Source: Alteromonas sp.
GTDB taxonomy: Bacteria; Margulisbacteria; Marinamargulisbacteria; UBA6595
NCBI GenBank assembly: GCA_964220215.1
Contig: CAXPTH010000007.1
Coordinates: forward strand, 16,903-80,902
Reading direction: 5' to 3'
DNA: 64,000 nucleotides
Part shown: one piece after another, positions 21,828 to 32,853 of the stretch
Layout: each line of letters starts with the position of its first letter
How positions within the stretch are numbered: position 1 is the first letter of the stretch
Program-made: the position numbers and the translations under genes
Notes under the pieces: model-generated
What the model saw: only the letters and a program-made list of their open reading frames with translations
Told to the model about the DNA's origin: nothing
Databases searched by the model: none

Positions 21828-23201
21828 ATGCGACGGCACATCACCACACTCAGTTCGCGTTGGCACCGGTGGTTGGGCTGGACCGGCGGCCTTGCGTTAT
21901 GCGTATTTGCCGTCTCCGGCATGTTGCACCCCATTATGACCTGGACAGGACCCAAACCAGTCACCCATCGCCCCCCAACGGCCGCTATCGCTGGAACTGC
22001 GGTCACCCAACTGGCGCATTGGCTGAATCAATCCGGCCTTGCGCACGCCCGTCTGGTCAAACTGGTCCCCACACACACTGGACTGGCGATTCAAATCACC
22101 CAAGATCCGAACCAACCCCGGCACTACATAAACCTAGACACTGGGCAGAAGCTCCCCGAGTCTACGGATGCCGAGTACGCCGTTTGGCTGGCCCGCCACT
22201 ACACCGGTCTCAGCGATGCCCCCGTAGCCAGCATTGGCATGCAAACACAGTTTGATTCGGCCTACCCCTGGGTCAATCGCTTATTGCCCGTTTATCGCAT
22301 TACCTTGGCCCATGACCCCCCAACAACGGTGTTTATTGACACAGAACTGGGCGCCTTGGCCAGCATTACAACGCCATGGAAAACACGCTTACAGGGAATA
22401 TTTCGAGCCTTACACACCTGGCAATGGTTGGATCGGTTTAATCAGACACGCATCATTCTGATGAGCGGGCTACTGCTGTCGTTAATTGGGCTGAGCCTGT
22501 CGGGCATTGGCCTCATTGTTGGCCTGCGCCGAAGCACAATCCCCCTGCGCCGCCGCCTACACCGCAGCCTCTCGATAGTCGTGTGGATCCCCTTGCTTAT
22601 GTTTTCCAGTAGCGGGTTTTACCATTTGCTACACCATGGGCTTTACCCCCCAATGCCCGAACGAATTCTGGCTGAACCCATGGCAATAGCGTCCATACCA
22701 ACTCCCCCCGCACACCAATCCCAATCCCCATTGAGCAGCATTAGCCTAATTCAAGGCCCAGACCATCAGCTGTTGTATCGGCTGGACTCCGGCACCCAAA
22801 AACCCGCTGAGTATGTGTCCCATCGGGGCACCGAAGCCCCCATGAGCGATGCGACGCTGGTTGAGTTTTACGCCAACCGCTACATGAACCATGCGCCTAT
22901 TATGGGTATAAAACGCCTAACTCGATTTAGCCCCTTGTATGATTTTCGGAATAAGCGACTCCCCGTCTTTCAGTTCACCTATGCCGACCGACATCTCTTT
23001 ATCGATCCCAAAACAGGCACTCTGGTTGAACAGCTGGACCGTGCAGACCGCTACGAACGGTTGGTGTTTTCAAGCCTTCACAAATGGAATTTTTTAACCC
23101 CTTGGACCGGCCGGCCCGTACGGGATGCCCTCATGATTAGCGTACTCGGGCTTAGCATCATCAGTGCCGGTCTTGGGTTTTGGTTACTGTTGAAACGTTA
23201 G
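21828..23201 (+). CDS. PepSY-associated TM helix protein
   Basis: WHRWLG, LHTW, LHR and LHKW His-TM motifs; follows the TonB receptor. Confidence 0.85.
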   Translation: MRRHITTLSSRWHRWLGWTGGLALCVFAVSGMLHPIMTWTGPKPVTHRPPTAAIAGTAVTQLAHWLNQSGLAHARLVKLVPTHTGLAIQITQDPNQPRHYINLDTGQKLPESTDAEYAVWLARHYTGLSDAPVASIGMQTQFDSAYPWVNRLLPVYRITLAHDPPTTVFIDTELGALASITTPWKTRLQGIFRALHTWQWLDRFNQTRIILMSGLLLSLIGLSLSGIGLIVGLRRSTIPLRRRLHRSLSIVVWIPLLMFSSSGFYHLLHHGLYPPMPERILAEPMAIASIPTPPAHQSQSPLSSISLIQGPDHQLLYRLDSGTQKPAEYVSHRGTEAPMSDATLVEFYANRYMNHAPIMGIKRLTRFSPLYDFRNKRLPVFQFTYADRHLFIDPKTGTLVEQLDRADRYERLVFSSLHKWNFLTPWTGRPVRDALMISVLGLSIISAGLGFWLLLKR

Positions 23202-23312
23202 GGACCGTGCGGAGGGCGTGGCGTTAGAGCAGACGCTACAAATCCAAAAATGCCAAAAAACGTGTTGCAAATGGTCACAACCTTTATGAAAATCCGGCGG
23301 TTTAATCATGTG

Positions 23313-23389
<77 letters not shown>

Positions 23390-23390
23390 T

Positions 23391-25388
23391 TTATTCTGGT
23401 GGTTGACCCCCAGATTGTTTGGCCGCTGCTTTTTTACTGGCCGGCTTAGCGGATCGCTTTTTTTCCGCCGGTTTTTTAGCTGCTGCTTTTTTGGCCACTG
23501 CTTTTTTGGCCTGTTTATTCTCCTGTGGAGCATGCGACCCTGATTTTCCGGATAATAAATCATCCGCCAACCCTTTAAACGTCTCAGCATCCAACGTCTC
23601 TTTCTCCATCAGAAAGGTGGATATCGCCACCAAGACCGATTTGTGTTTGGTTAACAATACCTTGGCTGCGTCATAGTTTTTTTGAATAAGGGACTGAATC
23701 GCCTCGTCGATTTGACGGGATGTTTGATCCGAATAGTCTTTGGAATGATCCGAATAATCCCGCCCCAAAAAGACATTCTGAGACTCTCGACCATATTTGC
23801 GCGTTCCCAACTCGCTCATGCCGTACAAACACACATACTGACGCGCGAGATCCGTGGCACGCTCAATATCATTAGAGGCCCCTGACGTTACCGTTTTAAA
23901 TAAAAGCTCTTCCGCAATTCGACCCCCCATTAACACCTGTATTTTTGCCTCAATGTCTTCATTAGACACCAAATAGCGGTCTTCGGTGGGCAACTGCAAG
24001 GTATAGCCCAAGGCCATCCCCCGAGGCAAAATGGTCACCTTATGGACCGGATCCGTACCCGGAATCAAATGCGCCACCAGGGCATGCCCCACCTCGTGAT
24101 ACGCAATAATCTGTTTTTCTTTATCGTTCATAATGCGGGATTTGCGTTGTGGACCCGACAATACGCGCTCCATCGCCGCTTCTAAATGCGTGTGTTCGAT
24201 TTTCAGGCAATCCGCGCGCGCCGCCAGCAACGCGGCTTCATTGAGCACATTGGCCAAGTCCGCCCCCGTAAACCCAGAAGTCGCACGCGCCAACACGGAT
24301 AACCGACAGCTTTCATCAAACTCTTTGCCTTTTGCATGAATCGCCAAAATGGCTTCTCGGCCACTCAAATCCGGCTTGTCCACCACAATTTGCCGATCAA
24401 ACCGCCCCGGGCGCAACAACGCAGGGTCCAAAATATCCGGCCGATTGGTGGCAGCAATGACAATCACCCCCTCGTTTTTGCCAAACCCATCCATTTCAAC
24501 CAACAATTGATTCAGCGTTTGCTCCCGCTCATCGTGCCCGCCACCCAAACCGGCACCCCGTTGGCGACCGACCGCATCAATTTCATCTAAAAATACAATA
24601 CTCGGGGTTTGCTTCTTGGCTTGGGCAAATAAATCCCGAACCCGAGAGGCCCCAACCCCCACAAACATTTCCACAAAGTCCGATCCTGAAATACTAAAAA
24701 ACTGAGCATCGGCCTCACCGGCAACCGCCCGAGCCAGCAATGTTTTGCCCGTTCCCGGGGACCCCATTAACAATGCCCCTTTCGGGATTTTTGCCCCAAT
24801 TTTCACAAACTTTTTGGGGTCTTTTAAATAATCCACAATTTCCCGCAACTCTTCCACGGCCTCATCGGCCCCCGCCACATCCCCAAAGGTAACCTTGTCG
24901 GCATCATCCGTTTGTGGCTTCGCTTTGGTTTTGCCAAACGACATCGCTTGACTGTTCATGCCCTGCGCTTGCTTGAAAATAAAAAACCAAAAGACAGCAA
25001 TTAACAAAAAGGGGAATAAAGCCTGAATCAACAACCCCATGATCCACCCCGAATCCGACGGATTAACCGTCACATCCACCGCATTGTTTCGCAAGGTTTC
25101 CATAAGTGAATCGTGCTCAATAAAATACGCTTTGTACGTTTCCCCCGACACGGCCGTTTCAATGATCAACCGCTCCGATGGCCGAATCACCACCGAGGCC
25201 ACGGTTCCTTGGTTCACATGATCTAAAAAGGTTGTGTACGAAATTAACCGAATTTCTTTGGGTGGAAATAAGTAGCTGCTCACCACTGAAAAAATAATGA
25301 GCGCAATTAAAAAATACCACAAACCCGCTTTCCAATCGGGACGCTTTCGCTTACTATTTGTATTTGCTTTTTGTGGTTTTTTAGCCAT
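23391..25388 (-). CDS. ftsH: ATP-dependent zinc metalloprotease FtsH
   Basis: Two TM segments, [20 protein letters not shown]; Lys/Ala-rich tail. Confidence 0.97.
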   Translation of the reverse strand: MAKKPQKANTNSKRKRPDWKAGLWYFLIALIIFSVVSSYLFPPKEIRLISYTTFLDHVNQGTVASVVIRPSERLIIETAVSGETYKAYFIEHDSLMETLRNNAVDVTVNPSDSGWIMGLLIQALFPFLLIAVFWFFIFKQAQGMNSQAMSFGKTKAKPQTDDADKVTFGDVAGADEAVEELREIVDYLKDPKKFVKIGAKIPKGALLMGSPGTGKTLLARAVAGEADAQFFSISGSDFVEMFVGVGASRVRDLFAQAKKQTPSIVFLDEIDAVGRQRGAGLGGGHDEREQTLNQLLVEMDGFGKNEGVIVIAATNRPDILDPALLRPGRFDRQIVVDKPDLSGREAILAIHAKGKEFDESCRLSVLARATSGFTGADLANVLNEAALLAARADCLKIEHTHLEAAMERVLSGPQRKSRIMNDKEKQIIAYHEVGHALVAHLIPGTDPVHKVTILPRGMALGYTLQLPTEDRYLVSNEDIEAKIQVLMGGRIAEELLFKTVTSGASNDIERATDLARQYVCLYGMSELGTRKYGRESQNVFLGRDYSDHSKDYSDQTSRQIDEAIQSLIQKNYDAAKVLLTKHKSVLVAISTFLMEKETLDAETFKGLADDLLSGKSGSHAPQENKQAKKAVAKKAAAKKPAEKKRSAKPASKKAAAKQSGGQPPE

Positions 25389-25429
25389 ACTAGTCTCTAG
25401 TTTAAGCGATATGATCTAAAACAACAACT

Positions 25430-26962
25430 TTAATCACTCAAATCCAAGGATTTAAAAAACCGTGTGGCATCGGACTGAATGGCTGCTTTTTTTGCATCCG
25501 TCATCCGATCATACGTCTTGTACATCATCCCCACACGGGGATTGCCCTGCAAATAGTCCCGATTTCGAGCTAGAAAATCCCAATACAAGTAATTAAACGG
25601 ACAGGCATCTGGCCCCGTTTTTTCCGTCACCCGATACCGACACTGCTGGCAATAATTGGACATTTTTTGAATATAGCTGCCCCCAGCCGCATACGGCTTG
25701 CTCGCCAACAACCCCCCATCGGCAAATAAGATCATGCCCGTCACATTGGGCATCTCAACCCATTCGTACGCATCGGCATACACAATCAAAAACCACTCGT
25801 TTACCGCTTTCGGATCCAGACCCGCTAATAGGGCAAAATTGCCCAACACCATGAGGCGCTGAATATGATGCGCATACGCATTGCGTTGGGTCTCTCGTAC
25901 ACAATTTGCCAAGCAGTTCATGCCGGTTTTGCCGGTCCAATAAAAGTCCGGCAACGGGCGCTTCGCATCCAAGGCGTTGCACTGGGCATACTCGGGCATC
26001 ATCCGCCAGTAAATGCCCCGAACGTACTCCCGCCACCCCATAATTTGACGCACAAAGCCCTCGACGGCATTGAGGGGCGCCTCCCCCCGATGGTACGCAT
26101 CCACGGCTGCCATAATACACGGCAAGGGGGTTAACAACCCACAATTCAAATAAAAACTAATATGCGAATGATACAGCCACGGCTCACCCTGAACCATGGC
26201 ATCTTGATAATCCCCAAACTGCGGCAACCGATGCGCAATAAAATCTGCCAACACGGCCTGAGCCTGCGTCTGGGTAACCGCCAAATACATCGGCTCCAAA
26301 TCCCCAAAATGATCCGGAAAGCGCTCCGCAACCATGGCCATCACCGATTGGGTCGTCGCATCCGGTTGGGTCTGCCACGGGGGCGGAACCCCGACCCCTG
26401 ATTTTAAGGGCTTTCGGTTTTGGGCATCGTAATTCCATTGCCCCCCCACAGGCGCATCCCCGTCCATCAAAATATTATACTGCTTGCGCATGTCCCGATA
26501 AAAATATTCCATACGCAATTGCTTCCGGCCCGATGCCCATTGGTCAAACGCATCCAACGAACACAAAAACCGGGTATCGTCACGAATAGCCACCGGAACC
26601 CCAAACGCCGTTGCCCACGATTGCACCTCCACCAGCACCCGATACTCCCCTGGATGAGTCAGCACAATGCGATCACACCCCGTGTGCGCCAACGCACGGT
26701 GCACTTCCCCCCGAAATGACCCGGTGTTGTCTGGGTCATCCAACTGCGTGTACACCACCGTGTAACCAGCCGCCCGAACCGCATCGGCAAAGTGCCGCAT
26801 GGCTGAAAATAGAAACGCTAATTTCTTCTTGTGGTGTTTGACATAGGTCGCTTCGTCCCAAACCTCCGCCATGCACACGACGGTTGTGGCCGGATCGGCA
26901 CCCGATAATGTGGCGATATCCAACGATAATTGATCCCCAAAAATAACACACAGCGTTGTCAT
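25430..26962 (-). CDS. FeS-type bacterial cryptochrome/(6-4) photolyase (PhrB/CryPro family)
   Basis: FGDQLS, HHKKK, FGDYQDAM, YAHHIQRLM; Cys ligands NYCQQC and ACPFN. Confidence 0.92.
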   Translation of the reverse strand: MTTLCVIFGDQLSLDIATLSGADPATTVVCMAEVWDEATYVKHHKKKLAFLFSAMRHFADAVRAAGYTVVYTQLDDPDNTGSFRGEVHRALAHTGCDRIVLTHPGEYRVLVEVQSWATAFGVPVAIRDDTRFLCSLDAFDQWASGRKQLRMEYFYRDMRKQYNILMDGDAPVGGQWNYDAQNRKPLKSGVGVPPPWQTQPDATTQSVMAMVAERFPDHFGDLEPMYLAVTQTQAQAVLADFIAHRLPQFGDYQDAMVQGEPWLYHSHISFYLNCGLLTPLPCIMAAVDAYHRGEAPLNAVEGFVRQIMGWREYVRGIYWRMMPEYAQCNALDAKRPLPDFYWTGKTGMNCLANCVRETQRNAYAHHIQRLMVLGNFALLAGLDPKAVNEWFLIVYADAYEWVEMPNVTGMILFADGGLLASKPYAAGGSYIQKMSNYCQQCRYRVTEKTGPDACPFNYLYWDFLARNRDYLQGNPRVGMMYKTYDRMTDAKKAAIQSDATRFFKSLDLSD

Positions 26963-28386
26963 ACGGACTCGGCGTTCATACGCTGAAATGCGGCTAAGGC
27001 TGACGCTCGGGTTTTCTCTAAGTCCAGACAGGGTTCCGGGTAGGTGATCCCCAACTGAACGCCGGCACTGGCCAACACCGAGGCTGGCGCCGTCCATGGA
27101 TGTGCCAAATATTCGGTAGGCAACGCCGCCAATTCCGGAATATACCGGCGAATATACGCCCCATCGGGGTCAAACTTTTGACCCTGAAGCACGGGATTAA
27201 ACACCCGAAAATAGGGTGCCGCATCGGATCCGCTGCCGGCCACCCATTGCCAACTGGCACTGTTGTTCGCCGGGTTGGCATCCACCAAGGTATCCCAAAA
27301 CCAACGCTCCCCGTGCCGCCAATGCATCCGCGCATTTTTAACCAAAAACGACCCCGCAATCATCCGCGGTCGATTGTGCATATACCCCGTTTGCCACAAC
27401 TCCCGCATCCCAGCATCCACCATGGGAATCCCCGTTTCGCCCCGTTGCCACAGGTCCAACACGACCGGATCTTCTTGCCAAGGAAACGCATTGAATTTAG
27501 CTTGTAAATGGGTATGTGGCAATGTGGGGTGATGATGCAACATATAATAGGCAAACTCTCGCCATCCCAATTCGGTGCAAAAATGGGCCCGCTGTTTGTT
27601 CATGGATGACGCATACACGGCATGCCACAGTTGATTGGGCGACACTTCCCCAAAGTGCAAATGGGGGGATAGTCGAGACACACTGGGCTCTGCTGGAAAA
27701 TCCCGCCGGTCTTTATACTGGTCCACCTGCGTATCAACAAACAGGTTGAATCGGCGATGCGCCCCCAATTCGCCAATATCCCAATGGGGAGCTAGGCTCA
27801 GATCCCACCGAGTATGCGGCAATAAATTCAAGGCATTGATGCTGGGCAAGGCCAACGAATCCGACTGATAGCGCACCGACTGAGGCTCGGGAATGGGCCG
27901 TCGGGGGGCGGGCGCTTCTAGACACCCTCGTTGATAAAATGGCGTAAACACCCCATACCGGGTGCCATCGGGTTTCACAATCGTATCCGGCTCCCACAAC
28001 AGCGACCCGCTGTGCACCGAAACCGCAACGCCGCGCTCGCGAAGGGCCTCGGCCACGTGTGCATCCTGAGCCACCCGCCATGGGGTATAGTCTCGGGTCC
28101 AATGCACCGCCGTGATCTGTAAGCGCGTCACGAGGTCCACCAAAATAGCCACCGAATCCCCCATGTACACCGACAAGGACCCATTGAGCCGCCGCTGCAA
28201 ATCCGTCAAGCTGTGATGTAACCACCACCGACTGGCCGCACCCGGGGCATGCATGCCGGCAGCGGCATCATCCAAAATGTAAATGGGCAGCACCGAACCG
28301 TGCTTAGCCGCCTGGGACAAGGCCGGATTATCCGCCAAACGCAAATCTTGCCGAAACCAGTGAATGGCCCGCTTGGGTGCACTCAT
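26959..28386 (-). CDS. Deoxyribodipyrimidine (CPD) photolyase
   Basis: WFRQDLRLADNPAL, SRLSPHLHFGE, ELGWREF, MHNRPRM, WQWVAG. Confidence 0.95.
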   Translation of the reverse strand: MSAPKRAIHWFRQDLRLADNPALSQAAKHGSVLPIYILDDAAAGMHAPGAASRWWLHHSLTDLQRRLNGSLSVYMGDSVAILVDLVTRLQITAVHWTRDYTPWRVAQDAHVAEALRERGVAVSVHSGSLLWEPDTIVKPDGTRYGVFTPFYQRGCLEAPAPRRPIPEPQSVRYQSDSLALPSINALNLLPHTRWDLSLAPHWDIGELGAHRRFNLFVDTQVDQYKDRRDFPAEPSVSRLSPHLHFGEVSPNQLWHAVYASSMNKQRAHFCTELGWREFAYYMLHHHPTLPHTHLQAKFNAFPWQEDPVVLDLWQRGETGIPMVDAGMRELWQTGYMHNRPRMIAGSFLVKNARMHWRHGERWFWDTLVDANPANNSASWQWVAGSGSDAAPYFRVFNPVLQGQKFDPDGAYIRRYIPELAALPTEYLAHPWTAPASVLASAGVQLGITYPEPCLDLEKTRASALAAFQRMNAESV

Positions 28387-28601
28387 CCGTCGTCTGCCCG
28401 CATTTTTTTGCCATGCTTAGCGGTGCGACCCGATACCCGTTTGCGCCACAATCGAAAACTGGATGGTTTTAAGTGTTTACGCATGATCGCAATAACCGCC
28501 GATTCGGTCACACCGGTGGCCGCTTCAATGGCATCAAACGATGTTTTATCACACCAAGCCATGCCAATAATATCGTCCACTGAAGCCGGGTCCGTGGTCA
28601 T
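28383..28601 (-). CDS. TIGR03643-like small protein
   Basis: IIGMAWCDKTSFDAI...MRKHLKPSSFRLWRKRVSGR; family typical of photolyase clusters. Confidence 0.85.
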   Translation of the reverse strand: MTTDPASVDDIIGMAWCDKTSFDAIEAATGVTESAVIAIMRKHLKPSSFRLWRKRVSGRTAKHGKKMRADDG

Positions 28602-29317
28602 GGCTGAATCGGCAATCCCTGCCAATCCCAACACTGGCCCGTATCGGCAGGTGTTAGATTTTCCACCACGTTTATTAAGCATTCAGCCGCATACTTCGCT
28701 GTAAACAATTGATCACTGGGGACTCGTGCCTGAAATGGCTTGGACAAGGCACTATCCACAGTACCCGGGTGAAGCCCCACAACAATGGCCTGTTTATTCA
28801 CCCGTTGCATTTCAATGGCCGCCGTTTTGATAATCATATTCAGGGCCGCTTTCGATGCTCGATACGCATACCACCCACCCAGGCGATTGTCTGAGACACT
28901 CCCCACTCGCGCCGATAAGGCAGCAAATACCGATCGGTTGGTTTTGGATAGTTTGGGCAAAAAATATTTGGCCACAAGCGCTGGAACAACGGTATTGGCG
29001 TGCAAGATCCGATTCAACTGATCCATGGACAGGGCCGCCACCGTTTTTTCTGGCATCAAGTCCCCGTCGTGCAGCATCCCCGTTGCCACAATAACGGCAT
29101 CGAGGGGGCCATCTTGGGCGGCAATCTCAGCCACTTGGGCAATAGACGCTTCATCCGAATAGTCCACCCGGTGGACCTGGGCGTTGGGTGGCGCATCCGG
29201 ACTAAGCTGACGGGAAAATAATCGCAGTGTCGCTGTTGGGTATTGGGCGGCATAGCCATGGGCGAAGGCTTGGCCGATAGCCCCAGAGGCACCCACAATT
29301 GCGATTGTTTGTGACAT
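28598..29317 (-). CDS. SDR oxidoreductase (C-factor/CsgA-like)
   Basis: GASGAIG, SARVGSVSDNRLGGWYAYRASK, HPGTVDS. Confidence 0.9.
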   Translation of the reverse strand: MSQTIAIVGASGAIGQAFAHGYAAQYPTATLRLFSRQLSPDAPPNAQVHRVDYSDEASIAQVAEIAAQDGPLDAVIVATGMLHDGDLMPEKTVAALSMDQLNRILHANTVVPALVAKYFLPKLSKTNRSVFAALSARVGSVSDNRLGGWYAYRASKAALNMIIKTAAIEMQRVNKQAIVVGLHPGTVDSALSKPFQARVPSDQLFTAKYAAECLINVVENLTPADTGQCWDWQGLPIQP

Positions 29318-29468
29318 AAGATGTGTTTAGTTTAACACATTGTTTTTATTGTTGAGCAGCGAGTATAACTGCCCCAATGCCAACAGGAAATCCTAACCCC
29401 TTGGTCGAAGCGCTGGAAGCATTCCTTTTTTGATATAAACACCCCGTTTAGTGTAAACTATATAGACA

Positions 29469-29957
29469 ATGAGTAATATACCGGGTATCAATCCCAGCGC
29501 GCTCCCTAATGCGCAATCTGGGGCAAAAAAAAGCCAAGCGGGGCAAGAAAGCATCAAAGGACTTTCTGATGATATGGCCGGAGTTCTAGCCGCCGGAAAA
29601 AAAGCGAATTTGAACCCAGAGTCTGCCGCCACTATCCAAGGAAAAACGCCTCAGCAGCAACGCCCACAAGGCCAAGAAGAAACCATGTTAGCCGCTATGG
29701 CCGCCTTGGATGAATTAATCAAAGAAGAGAAGAAAGAAAAGTCCAAGAAAAAAGAATCCTTTTCTGATAAACTTAAAGGCTTCAAATCCATTCGCAATCA
29801 ATTGGACGGTGTTCAATTAAACAACCCAGAAGAACAAGCCATTGTTGAAGAATTTATGCGAAACTACGATACAATATCTCGAAAATACAATCAGCTTCAG
29901 CAAGCCAAAGATCAATTAGAAGCACTCAAAAAAAAGAACGAAGATTCTGATACATAA
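29469..29957 (+). CDS. Hypothetical coiled-coil protein
   Basis: 162-aa ORF; stop overlaps next start (TAATG). Confidence 0.7.
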   Translation: MSNIPGINPSALPNAQSGAKKSQAGQESIKGLSDDMAGVLAAGKKANLNPESAATIQGKTPQQQRPQGQEETMLAAMAALDELIKEEKKEKSKKKESFSDKLKGFKSIRNQLDGVQLNNPEEQAIVEEFMRNYDTISRKYNQLQQAKDQLEALKKKNEDSDT

Positions 29958-30268
29958 TGTTAAATCAAGAATCCCTTCGCAAACGGATGAAGCAAGACGA
30001 GCTGCGCAAACAACTCGCAGCGATGAAAGAATTTAATAGCCGATCCAAACAATTTTTGCGCCTCCTAAATTTTGGTTTAAAAACGACAGAAGATGAAATC
30101 AAACGCTTAATGCGCCAAAATGATACCCTGCCGCCTGGCCAGCATTCATTGGACATCATGACCGTGGATCTTGGGGATACAACCATTGAAACAAACCGAG
30201 GCAAATACAGTACCTCCATGCGATGGGAAGACAATTTGCCCGATAGCGACCGAGGCATCATCATTTAG
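29957..30268 (+). CDS. Hypothetical protein
   Basis: 103-aa ORF coupled to the previous gene, directly upstream of aroA. Confidence 0.65.
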   Translation: MLNQESLRKRMKQDELRKQLAAMKEFNSRSKQFLRLLNFGLKTTEDEIKRLMRQNDTLPPGQHSLDIMTVDLGDTTIETNRGKYSTSMRWEDNLPDSDRGIII

Positions 30269-30277
30269 CGTTGTCCG

Positions 30278-31576
30278 ATGCCAGTTACAATTCATCCCAA
30301 TCAAGCATTACCCAATACCGCTGATCTGAGCGATATCCCCGGCGACAAGTCCATATCGCATCGATTGGCTTTGCTGGGCGCCTTGGCGGATGGACCTAGT
30401 ACCATTCACAATTTTCTGCGCTCAGACGATTGCTTAAACACCTTGGCCATTATCCAACAATTGGGTGTGCCCGTCACCGACACCGACACAGCCATTACCA
30501 TTCACGGCGTCGGTCTGCATGGCCTTCGGCCTGCCAAAAAAGCCCTAAACGTGGGCAATTCCGGCACTGCCATTCGCCTACTAACCGGCGTGTTGGCTGC
30601 CCAAGCCTTTGCCAGCACACTCACGGGCGATGCCTCCATTCAATCCCGACCCATGGCACGGGTCACGCAACCGTTGGCCCTCATGGGCGCTCGTATTGAC
30701 TCAGACTACGCCCCGTTGCATATACCCGGGGGTGCGGTGTTATCGGGGCTTGATTACACATTGCCAATCCCCAGCGCTCAAGTCAAATCCGCCTTGCTCT
30801 TTGCCGGACTATACGCAAACAGCCCCACCCATATTCACGAACCCATCCCCTGCCGCGATCACACCGAACGGCTATTTCAGCATTTTCACATTCCCCTAAC
30901 CCGAAGCCAAACCACCATCACCCTAACGCCGCCCACCCAGATCGCAGCACCCACACCGCCCATTGTCGTTCCGCGAGACTTATCTTCTGCTATTTTTTTC
31001 ATCGCATTGGGCCTGCTGACTCAAAAAACCTGGACCTTCGAGTACATTGGCGTCAATCCCACACGCCGCGCTGGATTGGATCATCTCATGGCTATGGGTG
31101 GTCAAATTCAGTGCCAAGCATCCGACACGGGCACTGAGCCCACCGCCACCCTAACCCTACAACCCAGCACCCTAAAATCGGCTCCCATTGCCGCAGAATC
31201 CGTTGCCAATTTAATTGATGAAGTTCCCATTTTAGCCATTACCACCCTATGTGCCGGACAACCCTTTCGCATTCGCGATGCCGCCGAACTGCGCGTCAAA
31301 GAATCCGACCGGTTGGCCACCATCGCCCAATTGGCCACGGCACTGGGTGCCACCGTTCGGGAATACCCCGATGGCATTGATATTGAGCCGCCAACTGCAT
31401 TTTTAGACTTTGAATACGATTGCCACTTTGACCACCGCTTGGCCATGAGCGCGAGTATCGCCGCCATTGCCACCGGCGTTCGGGCAACCATTCACGGCTG
31501 TGAAAGCATCCAGACGTCTTTTCCCACATTTTTTACTCTGTTGGATACCCTCGGGATAGCGTATACTAGGACATAA
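30278..31576 (+). CDS. aroA: EPSP synthase
   Basis: PGDKSISHR, GNSGT, SAQVKSA, RDHTE, LRVKESDR, DHRLAM. Confidence 0.96.
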   Translation: MPVTIHPNQALPNTADLSDIPGDKSISHRLALLGALADGPSTIHNFLRSDDCLNTLAIIQQLGVPVTDTDTAITIHGVGLHGLRPAKKALNVGNSGTAIRLLTGVLAAQAFASTLTGDASIQSRPMARVTQPLALMGARIDSDYAPLHIPGGAVLSGLDYTLPIPSAQVKSALLFAGLYANSPTHIHEPIPCRDHTERLFQHFHIPLTRSQTTITLTPPTQIAAPTPPIVVPRDLSSAIFFIALGLLTQKTWTFEYIGVNPTRRAGLDHLMAMGGQIQCQASDTGTEPTATLTLQPSTLKSAPIAAESVANLIDEVPILAITTLCAGQPFRIRDAAELRVKESDRLATIAQLATALGATVREYPDGIDIEPPTAFLDFEYDCHFDHRLAMSASIAAIATGVRATIHGCESIQTSFPTFFTLLDTLGIAYTRT

Positions 31577-31578
31577 GT

Positions 31579-32853
31579 ATGTTACGCATTGTATCAGAGG
31601 CACTGGAATCAGAAATTAAAGCATTGCATCAACGCAATACCGCCAGCCCGGCAATATACAAACAACTAACCCAAATGGCCAAAGCCATTCAAACCCATGG
31701 CGATCGTGCCCTGCTGGACTACACCAGTCAGTTTGATCAATGCACCTTTGGCTCGGGCCGGGAGTTGCTCGTGCATGATCGGCAATCCGCCTATGATCAA
31801 ATATCCGACACGGCCATTGCCGCCATTCAACGGGCCATTACCAACATTCGACACTACCACCAACACCAAGTTCCCAAAAATTGGCGAAAATCCGGTGGCC
31901 CCGGCGTCCGTTACGGCGCCCAGTATCGGCCCTTAGATGCCGTGGGCCTGTATGTGCCCGGTGGGCGGGCCCCCTTGGTATCCACCGCAATTATGACCGC
32001 CGTACCAGCGGCCATTGCGGGCGTTCCTCGTATGGTATTGGCCACACCCCCACGCCCGGATGGCACCATTCATCCCGCCATTATTGTTGCGGCTGATTTG
32101 GCCGGTGTGCATGAAATTTACAAACTTGGGGGCGCCCAGGCCGTATTTGGGTTGGCCTATGGAACCGAGTCCATTCAAGCGGTGGACAAAATTGTTGGCC
32201 CCGGCAATCAATACGTCACCCAAGCCAAGCAGATGGTCTATGGCACGGTGGATATTGATAAACCGGCGGGCCCCTCCGAGGTCTTAATTGCGGTGGAGTC
32301 CATCGACTATGCCGCCCGTGCTGCTGCTGATTTGCTCTGCCAGTTGGAACACGACCCCTTGGCCGTCGGCTGCGTGGTCTCCACACAATTGGCCACCCTG
32401 CAAGCCATTCGAACAGAAGTGGTGCACCAACTCCCAGAGCGCAGACACCGAAAAACCATTGAAGCCGCTTTGGCTCATGCGGCATTGTTTCACGTGAAAC
32501 ACACTCGGGAAGTCTTGGATGTCATTAATCAGGTGGCGAGTGAGCATCTGGTCTTGTTGCGGGACGACTTTGAGGATTTACTGCCCCAGATTCGGCACGC
32601 CGGTTCCATTTTTTGCGGCCCCCATACCCCCGTCACAGCCGGCGATTATTATGCAGGCCCAAACCACGTATTGCCCACCAGTGGATCGGCACGCTTTGCC
32701 TCCCCGTTGGGGGTTATGGACTATATGAAATACAATGCCATTTTGGCTTATGAACCCACCGCCTTGGCCAACGCTGAAGATGACTTGGCTGTTTTGACCG
32801 ACTTGGAAGGCCTTGAGGCCCACTTCAATGCGGTTTCTGTTCGGTTGTCATGA
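31579..32853 (+). CDS. hisD: Histidinol dehydrogenase
   Basis: GLYVPGG, GGAQA, KIVGPGN, AGPSE, EH, GDYYAGPNHVLPT. Confidence 0.95.
   Translation: MLRIVSEALESEIKALHQRNTASPAIYKQLTQMAKAIQTHGDRALLDYTSQFDQCTFGSGRELLVHDRQSAYDQISDTAIAAIQRAITNIRHYHQHQVPKNWRKSGGPGVRYGAQYRPLDAVGLYVPGGRAPLVSTAIMTAVPAAIAGVPRMVLATPPRPDGTIHPAIIVAADLAGVHEIYKLGGAQAVFGLAYGTESIQAVDKIVGPGNQYVTQAKQMVYGTVDIDKPAGPSEVLIAVESIDYAARAAADLLCQLEHDPLAVGCVVSTQLATLQAIRTEVVHQLPERRHRKTIEAALAHAALFHVKHTREVLDVINQVASEHLVLLRDDFEDLLPQIRHAGSIFCGPHTPVTAGDYYAGPNHVLPTSGSARFASPLGVMDYMKYNAILAYEPTALANAEDDLAVLTDLEGLEAHFNAVSVRLS
32486..32501. promoter_or_regulatory. parS centromere site (perfect TGTTTCACGTGAAACA) inside hisD
   Basis: Exact match to the widespread 16-bp parS consensus; parAB present in the window. 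Confidence 0.85.
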
